Shown in pieces: positions 1 through 8,649 of a stretch of 27,578 bases of DNA. The stretch comes from Verrucomicrobiales bacterium. GTDB lineage: Bacteria > Verrucomicrobiota > Verrucomicrobiia > Verrucomicrobiales > SLCJ01. The DNA is taken from positions 1 to 27,578 of the forward strand of contig JBJTQJ010000024.1 of NCBI GenBank assembly GCA_046075565.1, read 5' to 3'. Below the pieces are notes generated by a model that saw only the letters and a program-made list of their open reading frames with translations, ran no database searches and was not told the DNA's origin. The position numbers and the translations under genes were made by a program. How positions within the stretch are numbered: position 1 is the first letter of the stretch; each line of letters opens with the position of its first letter.

Positions 1-1
1 G

Positions 2-1045
2 CCGCGTGGCAATGCCCGGTTCTTGGAAAGCCTCGCCTTTTTGTTGCGGGAAAATTTCGGTTGGGACATCACTCCCGACCATCTCGCTATCACGGCAGGC
101 GGTCAGACGGCATTCTTTTACCTCTTCAACTTGCTCGCCGGACCCATGGCGAAAACCAAGGACCGCCGGATTCTCCTGCCCGTGGTGCCCGAATACATCG
201 GTTATGCCAACCAAGGGGTGGCCCCCGGGGTCTTCACCGCCCGGCATCCGACTTTTCAATTTCCCGCAGCCCATCGCTTCAAGTATGGGGTGGACTTTGA
301 AGGGCTCGGCTTGGACGAGAGGGTAGGCGCCGTCTGTGTATCGCGCCCGACCAACCCAACCGGCAACGTGCTCACCGATGAGGAAATCCGGCGTTTGGCC
401 GCCCTCTGTCGCGAACGCGGCATTCCCTTGATCATCGACAACGCCTACGGCACACCCTTCCCGCACATCATCTTCACGGAAGCCAAACCGTGGTGGGATG
501 ACAACACCATCCTCACCCTCAGTCTCTCGAAACTCGGTCTGCCCGGAACCCGCACGGCCGTGGTCGTGGCTCCTCCGGAAATCGCCCGCGCAGTGCAATC
601 CCTCACCGCGGTGACCGGCCTCGCCAATGGAAATGTCGGCCAGGCCATTGTGGAGCCGCTTTTGCGTTCAGGGGAGATCCTCGGACTGAGTCGCGATGTC
701 ATCCGGCCATTCTATGAGGCGAAAGCCAACCATGCCCTTGCTTGTGTCGGGGAATTCTTCCCCGACGAGATGGACTACCATTTGCACGTGAATGAAGGCG
801 CGCTTTTCCTTTGGATTTGGTTCAAGGATCTCCCGATCCCGACCAGCCAATTTTACGAACGACTGAAGAAACGCCGGGTGCTCATCGTGCCGGGTGAACA
901 TTTCTTCTTCGGATTAGATGAACCGGAAGAAGCATGGCCGCATCGCCGCGAGTGCATTCGCGTTTCCTTCGCCATGGATGACGAGGTCGTGCGCGAGGGA
1001 CTGAAAATCATCGCCACAGAAGCCATGAAGGCGTATGGTGCCTGA
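2..1045 (+). CDS. avtA: Valine--pyruvate aminotransferase (PLP-dependent), 5' end outside window
   Basis: Frame open from window edge (PRGNARFLES...). AvtA-like motifs AITAGGQTAFFYLFNLLAG, PEYIGY, VSRPTNPTGNVLTDEE, IIDNAYG, SLSKLGLPG, EGALFLW. Confidence 0.85.
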   Translation, partial: PRGNARFLESLAFLLRENFGWDITPDHLAITAGGQTAFFYLFNLLAGPMAKTKDRRILLPVVPEYIGYANQGVAPGVFTARHPTFQFPAAHRFKYGVDFEGLGLDERVGAVCVSRPTNPTGNVLTDEEIRRLAALCRERGIPLIIDNAYGTPFPHIIFTEAKPWWDDNTILTLSLSKLGLPGTRTAVVVAPPEIARAVQSLTAVTGLANGNVGQAIVEPLLRSGEILGLSRDVIRPFYEAKANHALACVGEFFPDEMDYHLHVNEGALFLWIWFKDLPIPTSQFYERLKKRRVLIVPGEHFFFGLDEPEEAWPHRRECIRVSFAMDDEVVREGLKIIATEAMKAYGA

Positions 1046-1057
1046 CGACCCGGAGCC

Positions 1058-1549
1058 ATGACCGATTTGCTTTTCTGGTCCCTGACCTGCGTGCTGATGC
1101 TCGTCGGCTTGGCAGGAACAATTCTTCCGTTGTTGCCCGGCCAGATCATCGTCATGGCCGCCGCCGTGTTGCATTACTTCACCGTCGGAGCCGAGCAAAG
1201 CCCGGGCTGGACCGGGTATATCATCATGGGGGTTTTGCTCGCTTTGAGTTACCTGCTCGAATACGCCGGCAGCGCGCTCGGGACCAAAAAATTCGGAGGC
1301 ACCAAGGCCGGTATGGCCGGGGCCCTGATCGGAGGGCTCGTCGGCATCTTCTTCGGATTCGTCGGGATCATCATCGGCCCCATCCTGGGGGCGCTTTTCG
1401 CCGAACTCGTCATCGCCGGTCGGGAGTGGCGCGAGTCCGGAAAAGCGGCCACAGGTGCCTTTATCGGCTTCCTGCTCGGCATGGTGGGAAAATTCGGCTG
1501 CACCGTCGCGATGATCGGGGTCTTTTTCGTGGGCGCCATCAACAAGTGA
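1058..1549 (+). CDS. DUF456 (YqgC-like) membrane protein
   Basis: Hydrophobic 163 aa with GTILPLLPG, KKFGGTKAG and IIGPILGALFAEL; GGAG upstream of ATG. Confidence 0.8.
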   Translation: MTDLLFWSLTCVLMLVGLAGTILPLLPGQIIVMAAAVLHYFTVGAEQSPGWTGYIIMGVLLALSYLLEYAGSALGTKKFGGTKAGMAGALIGGLVGIFFGFVGIIIGPILGALFAELVIAGREWRESGKAATGAFIGFLLGMVGKFGCTVAMIGVFFVGAINK

Positions 1550-1661
1550 GTCGGGATTCTGAAACTGGATAGATACAGGGCGGCGACCGACCTCGTATTC
1601 CAGGACCAAAGTCACCCCTCCGTGCAGGGGGCTATTGCGAGGACGGGGGATAGGATTCGGT

Positions 1662-1689
1662 TTGACAAAAGGGGATTCGAGACGACAAT
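1662..1689 (+). promoter_or_regulatory. Possible sigma70-type promoter for the CNNM gene
   Basis: TTGACA at 1662-1667, 16-nt spacer, GACAAT at 1684-1689 (weak -10). Confidence 0.3.
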
Positions 1690-1813
1690 ATGCGACATTC
1701 TGTCACGGCTCGGGGCGGCTTTTGGTGAAAACCAAATAGTCGCTCTTACGTTTCCAAGGCTGGATGTCCCCCCATTTACCGAGATGCCCGTCCGATTCGC
1801 TCGGTAATCCCTC

Positions 1814-3154
1814 ATGTTTGAAATCATAGTCATTTTTATCCTGTTTCTTCTGAACGGCATATTCGCCATGACCGAGATTGCGCTCGTGTCGGTGCGCAAG
1901 GGTAGGCTCAAACAACTTGCCGAGGCTGGCGAAAGCGGTGCCGTCAGAGCACTCAAACTGGTGCAGAATCCCGAGCGGTTTTTGAGCACGGTGCAAGTAG
2001 GCATCACTCTTGTGGGGGTGTTGTCCGGAGCTTACGGCGGAGCCACACTCTCCGCCCATCTCGCGCCGACCGTCGCAAAAATCCACCTGCTGGCGCCTTA
2101 TGCGGAGCGCATCGCTTTCGCCGTCGTCGTTGCCGCGATCACGTATTTCTCGATTGTCATCGGCGAACTCGTTCCCAAGAACCTGGCCCTGCGCAATGCG
2201 GAGAAGATCGCCCTGTTCATGTCGCGGCCGATGTCCTGGGTCGCTTGGCTGGCGCGACCTGTCGTTTGGCTCCTGGAATTCAGCACCCGTGTCCTCATGC
2301 GTGTGCTGGGCGGAGGTTCTTCTGGTCCCAGCGGTCCGACCCGCGAGGAAGTGCAGGTGCTCGTGCGCGAGGGCATCGTCACCGGCATGGTGGACGAGCA
2401 CGAATCCGACATGGTCGAAGGCGTCTTCGATTTGCGCGAAGTGCTGGCCGAGGAAATCATGCGCCCGAAACCAAAGGTGCTTTTCCTCCAAGCCAATGAG
2501 AGCATGGAGCACATCTGGTCGAGGGTCGCCGGCAGTCGGCAGATGGTTTTTCCCGTGCATGAAGGATCCCGGGACGAAATCGTGGGCCTGGTTTCCTTGC
2601 GTGACCTTTTCGCCAATGCCGCCTCCGGAAAGCCGCGTCCCGTGGGCGAACTTATAAGTCCGGCCATCTTTGTCGCGGAAAACCAACCGGCTCTCAGCCT
2701 CATGGAAACCCTGCGGCGATCAACGCTTGGGGCGGCGCTCGTGACCGATGAATTCGGCACGATTCGCGGTCTCATCACTCTTGAGGACCTGGTGGAGGAA
2801 ATCGTCGGCGACCTGCGCCCTGATACCGCTGCCGAAGAAGGCGCGGTTTTCCGAGCGTCCGGTGAAAATACGTGGATCGTGGATGGCCTGATGGAAATCG
2901 ACGATGTGATCGAACGCCTGCCTGAGTTGGAGGAGGTGGTCGAACGTGAACGCGAGCCTTTCCAAACACTGGCTGGCTACATCGTGCACCGGCTCGACCG
3001 GTTGCCCATCGAAGGCGAGAGTTTCCAAGCCGGAGGATTCGAATTTGAAGTCGTGGATATGGACCGCCAGCGCATCGACAAGGTACTCATCCGCCGTCTG
3101 CCGCCGCCGGTTACCGAAGGCGAGGAGGAGGTCGAAGTCGAATCCGAGGCCTGA
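1814..3154 (+). CDS. Hemolysin-family HlyC/CorC (CNNM-CBS-CorC) transporter
   Basis: LNGIFAMTEIALVS, FLSTVQVGIT, GELVPKNLA (CNNM); CBS pair with DEFGTIRGLITLEDLVEEIVG; C-terminal FQTLAGY...FEVVDMDRQRIDKVLI. Confidence 0.9.
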   Translation: MFEIIVIFILFLLNGIFAMTEIALVSVRKGRLKQLAEAGESGAVRALKLVQNPERFLSTVQVGITLVGVLSGAYGGATLSAHLAPTVAKIHLLAPYAERIAFAVVVAAITYFSIVIGELVPKNLALRNAEKIALFMSRPMSWVAWLARPVVWLLEFSTRVLMRVLGGGSSGPSGPTREEVQVLVREGIVTGMVDEHESDMVEGVFDLREVLAEEIMRPKPKVLFLQANESMEHIWSRVAGSRQMVFPVHEGSRDEIVGLVSLRDLFANAASGKPRPVGELISPAIFVAENQPALSLMETLRRSTLGAALVTDEFGTIRGLITLEDLVEEIVGDLRPDTAAEEGAVFRASGENTWIVDGLMEIDDVIERLPELEEVVEREREPFQTLAGYIVHRLDRLPIEGESFQAGGFEFEVVDMDRQRIDKVLIRRLPPPVTEGEEEVEVESEA

Positions 3155-3180
3155 ACCTCGGCGCAACATTCGTCTTTTAC

Positions 3181-3209
3181 TTGCCGCCCGTCCGATTCGG
3201 GATTAGCTT
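3181..3209 (+). promoter_or_regulatory. Probable tRNA promoter
   Basis: TTGCCG (3181-3186), 17 nt, TAGCTT (3204-3209), then a GC-rich discriminator just upstream of the tRNA. Confidence 0.5.
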
Positions 3210-3226
3210 CCCCGTCCCGTGTCATC

Positions 3227-3303
3227 CGGGGCGTAGCTCAGCCTGGTAGAGCGCCTGCTTTGGGAGCAGGAAGTCGTCAGTTCGAATCTGGCCGCCCCGA
3301 CCA
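3227..3303 (+). tRNA. tRNA-Pro (anticodon TGG)
   Basis: 77-nt cloverleaf: acceptor CGGGGCG/CGCCCCG, D-arm GCTCAGCCTGGTAGAGC, anticodon arm CCTGC-TTTGGGA-GCAGG, T-loop GTTCGAAT, encoded CCA. Confidence 0.97.
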
Positions 3304-3352
3304 CTACCCCCGATTGGTCCAAGTCCCGAGGCATAGTCCACCTGTGAGCACC

Positions 3353-3448
3353 GATTCGAACTGACGAATCTGAGGAAATAGTTCGATTGACGGCGTGAGC
3401 CGTCAAAGCCTGGAGCGAAGCGACAGGCAATCTGGCCGCCAGTGACCA
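3353..3448. repeat. tRNA-derived structured element (antisense T-arm copy plus interrupted copy of the tRNA 3' end)
   Basis: 3353-3367 is the exact reverse complement of 3274-3288. AGTTCGA (3380-3386) and AATCTGGCCGCC (3429-3440) match the tRNA 3' part and are separated by two hairpins (3387-3406, 3408-3428). Confidence 0.75.
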
Positions 3449-3530
3449 CACATGAATACGAGAAGAAGCCGGTATTCTGCAAGAGTTGCGCTTGGACCAA
3501 AGTGATTCCCGCGTTGAGTGTTGAGGCGGA

Positions 3531-4109
3531 TCACCCGCCGAAACGTTGTTTCCAAATCTCACACAGAGGTGACCAGTTCGCCATATCCGCTGCCGCAAGC
3601 GCGCGGAAATATTCCTGCCGGGCGGCATGTCCGTTGGGAGTCAAAGCGACAAGCGGAAGGTCCAGACGGCGCAGGCACTCGGACAGCAGCAGACGGACAG
3701 TCCTTCCATTGAAGTCACGAAAGGGATGAATGGTTAGAAAGCGGCCTTCGGCAAAGGCCAGGAATTCAAGGGTGAGGGCTGAAACCGATTGGGATGCGTC
3801 ATCCCATCGGGCATTCAGATCGAGCACGAAGTCCCGCATTTGCATGGGGATTTTATGCGGCGGCGGTGGTTGATGGTTGCCAACCCTGACATCAATGTCC
3901 CGCCAGTGCCCAGCCCAGTCCGGAACGAATTCACCGCAAACCTTCTAGTGCAGATCCTTGAACAGGAACTCATCGATTTTCTTGCCATCATACACGCCCG
4001 CCGCGATGGCGGCCTCCGCCATGGTCACTTTCTTGGCGAGCAGTGGTGCTAGTTCCGCGTAGGAGAGGATGCCTCACGCCGTTTCAAGGTGGCGGGTGTT
4101 GCGATCGAC
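3531..4109 (-). pseudogene. Fic-domain protein with in-frame stops (5' limit approximate)
   Basis: Fic motif HPFRDFNGRTVR. The frame continues upstream of the 104-aa ORF as ...LETA*GILSYAELAPLLAKKVTMAEAAIAAGVYDGKKIDEFLFKDLH*KVCGEFVPDWAGHWRDIDVRVGNHQPPPPHKIPMQM..., with TAG at 3947-3945 and TGA at 4076-4074. Confidence 0.75.
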
Positions 4110-4261
4110 TCCAGGGTCTTCCGGATTTGTTCTATCGGCACGGGCTCCCCTTCGAAGGCCATGCTCCCCGCCACGTTCGCCGGGATCATTTCCCAGCGGC
4201 GCAGGAGTTTGGCTTCCGGTGTCAGTTTCCGCCGTTGGGCGATATTTTTGGTCCAGCTCAC
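4049..4261 (-). CDS. Putative Fic antitoxin (FicA/VbhA-like)
   Basis: 70 aa, GTG start, directly upstream of and overlapping the Fic frame. Contains SMAFEG, matching the inhibitory (S/T)xxxE(G/N) motif. Possible promoter TTGCAA-17-GATGAT at 4298-4270. Confidence 0.65.
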   Translation of the reverse strand: MSWTKNIAQRRKLTPEAKLLRRWEMIPANVAGSMAFEGEPVPIEQIRKTLESIATPATLKRREASSPTRN

Positions 4262-4603
4262 TATGAGTGATCATCGCCGGAGATCGCCGTGATTGCAAGT
4301 ACGGTGTCGCGACCGGCCATTATCACCTCCCATCGCTGGGTGCCGTTTTTGAACGTGAGGTCGGTGGCTCATCCTCTACCTCCCCCGAGTTGCTGCATTT
4401 GACTAGGCCGGACTTCCTGGTGCCAGAATTCCGGTGTGCAGGTGCGGTTGGTGGTGGATCCGAGGGCGGCTTCGATGGGCTTGGTGGCTGCTTCGCAGCC
4501 TTTCGCCTCGCGACAGGTATCATTGCCTGCCGGGCTTGGGGAGGCGGCAACTCAACCGCTCTTTTCCCGCGGGCGGTGCCGCTGCCGAAGCAGTCGCTCG
4601 GCC

Positions 4604-4617
4604 ACCACTACCCGATT
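4604..4617 (+). repeat. Short direct repeat of the tRNA 3' end and its flank; possible distal boundary of the Fic islet
   Basis: ACCACTACCCGATT (4604-4617) versus ACCACTACCCCCGATT (3300-3315). Confidence 0.4.
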
Positions 4618-4660
4618 TTCTGCAAGTTTTGGACGTTCGGGGGCTTACTTCCCTCTGTCC

Positions 4661-7072
4661 ATGAACCGGAGTGCTCCATATTGGCATGTCTGGGTTGCCC
4701 TGATTGCTTGCGGCGGGGTGGCCGGTTATCTCTTGCCTCCGGAAAATGTGCGGTCCTTCCTTGGTCTGCCCGCCCCGCTGTCTGCGGATGCCCCGGTGGT
4801 TGCGACACACCATGCCCCTTCTCTGCGCGCCGAATTTGAGCAGGGCATTCAACCTCTGATGGAGAATCATTGTGGCGATTGCCACGGTGGTGGCATGAAG
4901 AAGGGCGGACTCGATCTCGAAGCCTTCCCTGATATCGATTCCATGATCGCGGCGCGTCCGAAATGGAAGAGCATTCGCACCCACATCGCCTCGAATCTCA
5001 TGCCTCCCGCCGATGAAGACCCAATCGCGGCGAAAGACAAAGAATTTCTGCTTTCCTGGATCGACCGCGCCATCTTCCCTGTCGATCCCAACAATCCCGA
5101 CCCGGGCGTCTTCACCATTCGCCGCCTCAATCGTGCCGAATACGGGATCACTATCCGCGATTTACTGGGAGTCGAGGTGGACACCAGCAGACTGCCTGAG
5201 GATGACAGTGGATATGGATTCGACAATATTGGGGATGTATTGTCCATGGCTCCAGCGCATCTCGAGCGTTACCAGCAGCTGGCGGAAAAAGCGCTCTCCA
5301 TGGCGTTTGACCCAGTCATTCCTCCACACCGCTTGCCGAAGGAGATCGGACCGGAGCGTTGGCGGGGTGATGGAAGCGACGATGGAGGGTCGCGTGCGCT
5401 TACCATGGCTGGCACAGCCACCACCCGCATCGAAATCCGGGAAGGTGGCACCCATGAAATTGCCGTCGAACTCTCCGCCGATCAGGCCGGTGATGAGAAA
5501 GCAGCTTATGAAATCCTCATCGACGGAAAAGTTGTTGGTGAAGGGCGGGTGGAGGCTGCCAACGGCGGACGCGAGACCTGGCGTGGCAAAGCGAAACTTT
5601 CTTCCGGCCGCGCCGAACTGGGCGTTCGGTTCATCAATGATTATTGGGAGCCGAGCGCACCCCAGGGGCAACGCGATCGGAATCTTGCAATCCACCGGGC
5701 CATCGTCACGGGGCCTATCGACGGTGCGCCGCCACCGTATCCACGGGCACGCTCTCTGGTCTGGTCGAAGAGGAATCCCGGCGAAACGGAATTGGACCAC
5801 GGCCTGCGGGTGCTCTCCGGGTTTCTGCCCCGTGTTTTCCGTCGCACTCTGAAGGATGAGGAATTCTCACGTTACCGGTCACTCGTGGAGAAGACCATTG
5901 CCGATGGCGAAACGGTTGAATCGTCGGTCCGCCTGGCCATGGAGGCCGCCCTTGTTTCGCCCGACTTTCTTTTCCGGGGTTTGAGTGTCGTGCGCTCGCC
6001 TACGCCCGCGGGAACCACCACGAGCATCAATGAGTTCGATCTGGCCAGCCGCTTGAGTTATTTCATCTGGAGTTCGATGCCGGACCAACGTCTGCTCGAT
6101 TTGGCGGCAAGCGGAACACTTTCCGCATCCTTGACCTCTGAGACTGAGCGCATGCTCGCCGACCCGAGGGCCGGAGCTTTGGTGGATCGCTTTTTCCTGC
6201 AATGGTTGCGCGTGAGTGATATCCAAGTGGTGGATCCCGATGCGAAACTTTTCCGCCGCGCTTTCAATAGCGACACGCGCGCTGCCATGTTGAGGGAGAC
6301 GAGGGAATTCTGTCGGCATCTGCTTCGGGAAAATCGTCCTGCCCTCGAAATGTTGACGGCTGACTATACCTTCGCCGATGCCGTGTTGCGGCGGCACTAT
6401 GGTCTTCCCGATGAAGGCAAGGGACCCGAGCCGAAAATGGTTTCCCTTGCCGGCACGGGGCGCCGGGGCGTCCTCACCCATGCCGCCGTGCTCACCCTCA
6501 CTTCGCATCCGACGCGCACCTCACCGGTGAAACGCGGCCAATGGGTACTCGAAACCATTCTTGATCAACCACCCCCGCCGCCTCCACCGAATGTGCCCTC
6601 GCTGGAAAGCCTGAGTGACATTCCGGAGGACGCGCCGTTGCGCTTGAAGCTCCAGGCCCATCAGGCGGATCCGGCTTGCGCAGCCTGCCACAAACTCATG
6701 GATGGCATCGGATTTTCCTTCGAGCACTTCGATGCCATCGGGCGGTGGCGCGATCAGGATGGCCCGCGTCCGGTGGACGCACGCGGTGAGTTGGCCACGG
6801 GCGAGAGCTTTAATGGAGTCGGCGAATTGGTCGCCCTGTTGGCCGGACAGAAGAGCGGTGAATTCCACCGTGCCCTCGCCGCCAAGATGCTCACGTTTGC
6901 CCTCGGTCGCGGCCTCGACTATTACGACGAACCGGCCGTCCGCGGCATCGTCGAATCGGCCGGAAAAGACGAATGGCGAACGAAATCCTTTGTCCATGCC
7001 GTAGTGGCATCGTATCCATTTCAGCACCAACGTATACCAGCGGAAACCACCAACCCCCGGGAGTCCCCATGA
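4661..7072 (+). CDS. DUF1592-family multi-domain cytochrome c protein (PVC-type)
   Basis: N-terminal hydrophobic segment; CxxCH motifs CGDCH and CAACH; RRLNRAEY...GYGFDNIG; LASRLSYFIWSSMPD; RTSPVKRGQWVLE; ALGRGL. Start ATG 4661 chosen over the longer ORF. Confidence 0.85.
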   Translation: MNRSAPYWHVWVALIACGGVAGYLLPPENVRSFLGLPAPLSADAPVVATHHAPSLRAEFEQGIQPLMENHCGDCHGGGMKKGGLDLEAFPDIDSMIAARPKWKSIRTHIASNLMPPADEDPIAAKDKEFLLSWIDRAIFPVDPNNPDPGVFTIRRLNRAEYGITIRDLLGVEVDTSRLPEDDSGYGFDNIGDVLSMAPAHLERYQQLAEKALSMAFDPVIPPHRLPKEIGPERWRGDGSDDGGSRALTMAGTATTRIEIREGGTHEIAVELSADQAGDEKAAYEILIDGKVVGEGRVEAANGGRETWRGKAKLSSGRAELGVRFINDYWEPSAPQGQRDRNLAIHRAIVTGPIDGAPPPYPRARSLVWSKRNPGETELDHGLRVLSGFLPRVFRRTLKDEEFSRYRSLVEKTIADGETVESSVRLAMEAALVSPDFLFRGLSVVRSPTPAGTTTSINEFDLASRLSYFIWSSMPDQRLLDLAASGTLSASLTSETERMLADPRAGALVDRFFLQWLRVSDIQVVDPDAKLFRRAFNSDTRAAMLRETREFCRHLLRENRPALEMLTADYTFADAVLRRHYGLPDEGKGPEPKMVSLAGTGRRGVLTHAAVLTLTSHPTRTSPVKRGQWVLETILDQPPPPPPPNVPSLESLSDIPEDAPLRLKLQAHQADPACAACHKLMDGIGFSFEHFDAIGRWRDQDGPRPVDARGELATGESFNGVGELVALLAGQKSGEFHRALAAKMLTFALGRGLDYYDEPAVRGIVESAGKDEWRTKSFVHAVVASYPFQHQRIPAETTNPRESP

Positions 7073-8382
7073 TCCACCGCCGTCACTTCCTCAGAGGAGC
7101 AGCATCCCTCATCGCCTTGCCCGCCCTTGAATCGTTCGGAAAGGCCGCGGTTGCTGGCGCGGCCAGCCCCGCCATTCCACGTCGCGTGGCCTGGATTTAT
7201 GCGCCCAACGGAGTCAATGTGGCAAAATGGTTTCCCAAAAAAGGAGGAGGCGACTACGAGCTTTCGTCGTCGTTGCAACCTCTTGCTGCCTACCGCGACA
7301 ACTTCCAGATTCTCGGCAATTTGGATCTCGACAAGGCGAGCGCCAATGGCGATGGGGCGGGGGACCACGCGCGCGCCAATGCCGCCTTCCTTACCGGTTG
7401 CCAGCCCCGCAAGACCGCCGGCGCGGATATCCGCAACGGGATCTCCGCCGATCAAATTGCCGCCAATGCCATAGGCCATGCCACACGCCTGCCCTCGCTG
7501 GAGATTAGCACCAATGAAGCCCGCCGATCCGGCAACTGCGATAGCGGTTATTCCTGCGCATATCAGTTCAACCTTTCCTGGCGCAGCGAAACCACGCCCG
7601 TGCCGGCCGAGCGCGACCCTCGTCTGATCTTCGAGAAGCTTTTCGGAGGAAACAACGATGCCGAGGATCAACGTCGGCGTGCCCGCCGCCAGAGCGTGCT
7701 CGATTTCGTGCGCGAGGATGCCCGTCGTTTGCAAGGCCGGGCCAGTGGAGCCGACCGCACGCGCCTAGATGAATATTTCACTTCCGTGCGTGAACTGGAA
7801 ACCCGCATCGAACGGGCCGAGGCCTTCCGCCGCGAAATCCCCGAGGTCGATCGTCCGAACGGCGTGCCCGAAAGCTATCGTGAGCACCTGCGGGTGATGT
7901 ATGAGATGCTTGCGCTCGCTTTCATCACCGACACCACCCGCGTGGCAACGTATCTGCTGGCCCATGATGGTTCGAACCGCACCTTCCCGGAAATCGACGT
8001 GCGTGATTCCCACCACGGTCTTTCCCATCACCAGCGCAATCCGAAGAATCTGGAAGCCATCGCGCGCATCGACCATTTCTACATCACGGAATTCGCCCAT
8101 TTCCTCGGGAAGCTCCGTGATCACAAGGAGCAGGATGGCTCTTCACTGCTTGATCACTGTATGATCCTGCACGGCTCGGGCATTCACGATGGAGACCGCC
8201 ACAACCACGACAATCTGCCTGTCCTCCTTGCCGGACGCGGCGGAGGATCCCTCAATCCCGGCCGCTACCACTCCGCCTCTTCCGGCACGCCACTGACCAA
8301 CCTGCATCTCGCGCTGCTCGCACGAATGGGCGTCGCAGCCGAACGCGTCGGCGACTCGACCGGCGTGCTGCAAGGAATTTGA
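7069..8382 (+). CDS. DUF1552 (HXXSHH) family protein
   Basis: ATGA overlap with the upstream gene; HRRHFLRG leader, YAPNGV, GAGDHAR, CDSGYSCAY, HHGLSHH, HNHDNLPVLLAG, GDSTG. Confidence 0.9.
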   Translation: MIHRRHFLRGAASLIALPALESFGKAAVAGAASPAIPRRVAWIYAPNGVNVAKWFPKKGGGDYELSSSLQPLAAYRDNFQILGNLDLDKASANGDGAGDHARANAAFLTGCQPRKTAGADIRNGISADQIAANAIGHATRLPSLEISTNEARRSGNCDSGYSCAYQFNLSWRSETTPVPAERDPRLIFEKLFGGNNDAEDQRRRARRQSVLDFVREDARRLQGRASGADRTRLDEYFTSVRELETRIERAEAFRREIPEVDRPNGVPESYREHLRVMYEMLALAFITDTTRVATYLLAHDGSNRTFPEIDVRDSHHGLSHHQRNPKNLEAIARIDHFYITEFAHFLGKLRDHKEQDGSSLLDHCMILHGSGIHDGDRHNHDNLPVLLAGRGGGSLNPGRYHSASSGTPLTNLHLALLARMGVAAERVGDSTGVLQGI

Positions 8383-8444
8383 GTCGAAATGGATAAGCCG
8401 GGACGGCCGGACCATGGCCAATCGACGTGACCGATCCTTCGACC

Positions 8445-8550
8445 GGCAGGGGCCGCTGTCCCCAGCGGTCCGTGAGTTCGTGAGGAGAAGGGAAACGAGA
8501 AGGCGTGGCATCTCCAACCCCGCGGACGTTTGAGGACAAACGTCCCTGCC
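8445..8550. repeat. Inverted REP doublet (REPIN/BIME-like)
   Basis: GGCAG-GGGCCGCTG-TCCC-CAGCGGTCC on + (8445-8471) and GGCAG-GGACGTTTG-TCCT-CAAACGTCC on - (8550-8524). Confidence 0.65.
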
Positions 8551-8595
8551 TTTGTCGTTCGGACGACTGCGACGAAGATGACGGAGGCACGCAAA

Positions 8596-8620
8596 GGTCA
8601 GACCGGAACGGTCTGACTAC
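8596..8620 (-). repeat. REP-like palindrome of a second class
   Basis: Minus strand reads GTAG-TCAGACCG-TTC-CGGTCTGA-CC. Confidence 0.55.
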
Positions 8621-8649
8621 GCCATGAAACGTGCTTATCTATTCCCCTT

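Noticed and set aside
4436-4660. 75-aa N-terminal extension of the DUF1592 ORF, and ORFs 4267-4839 and 4323-4550
   Set aside because: No family features, and they cross the probable islet boundary; ATG 4661 gives a normal N-terminal hydrophobic segment.
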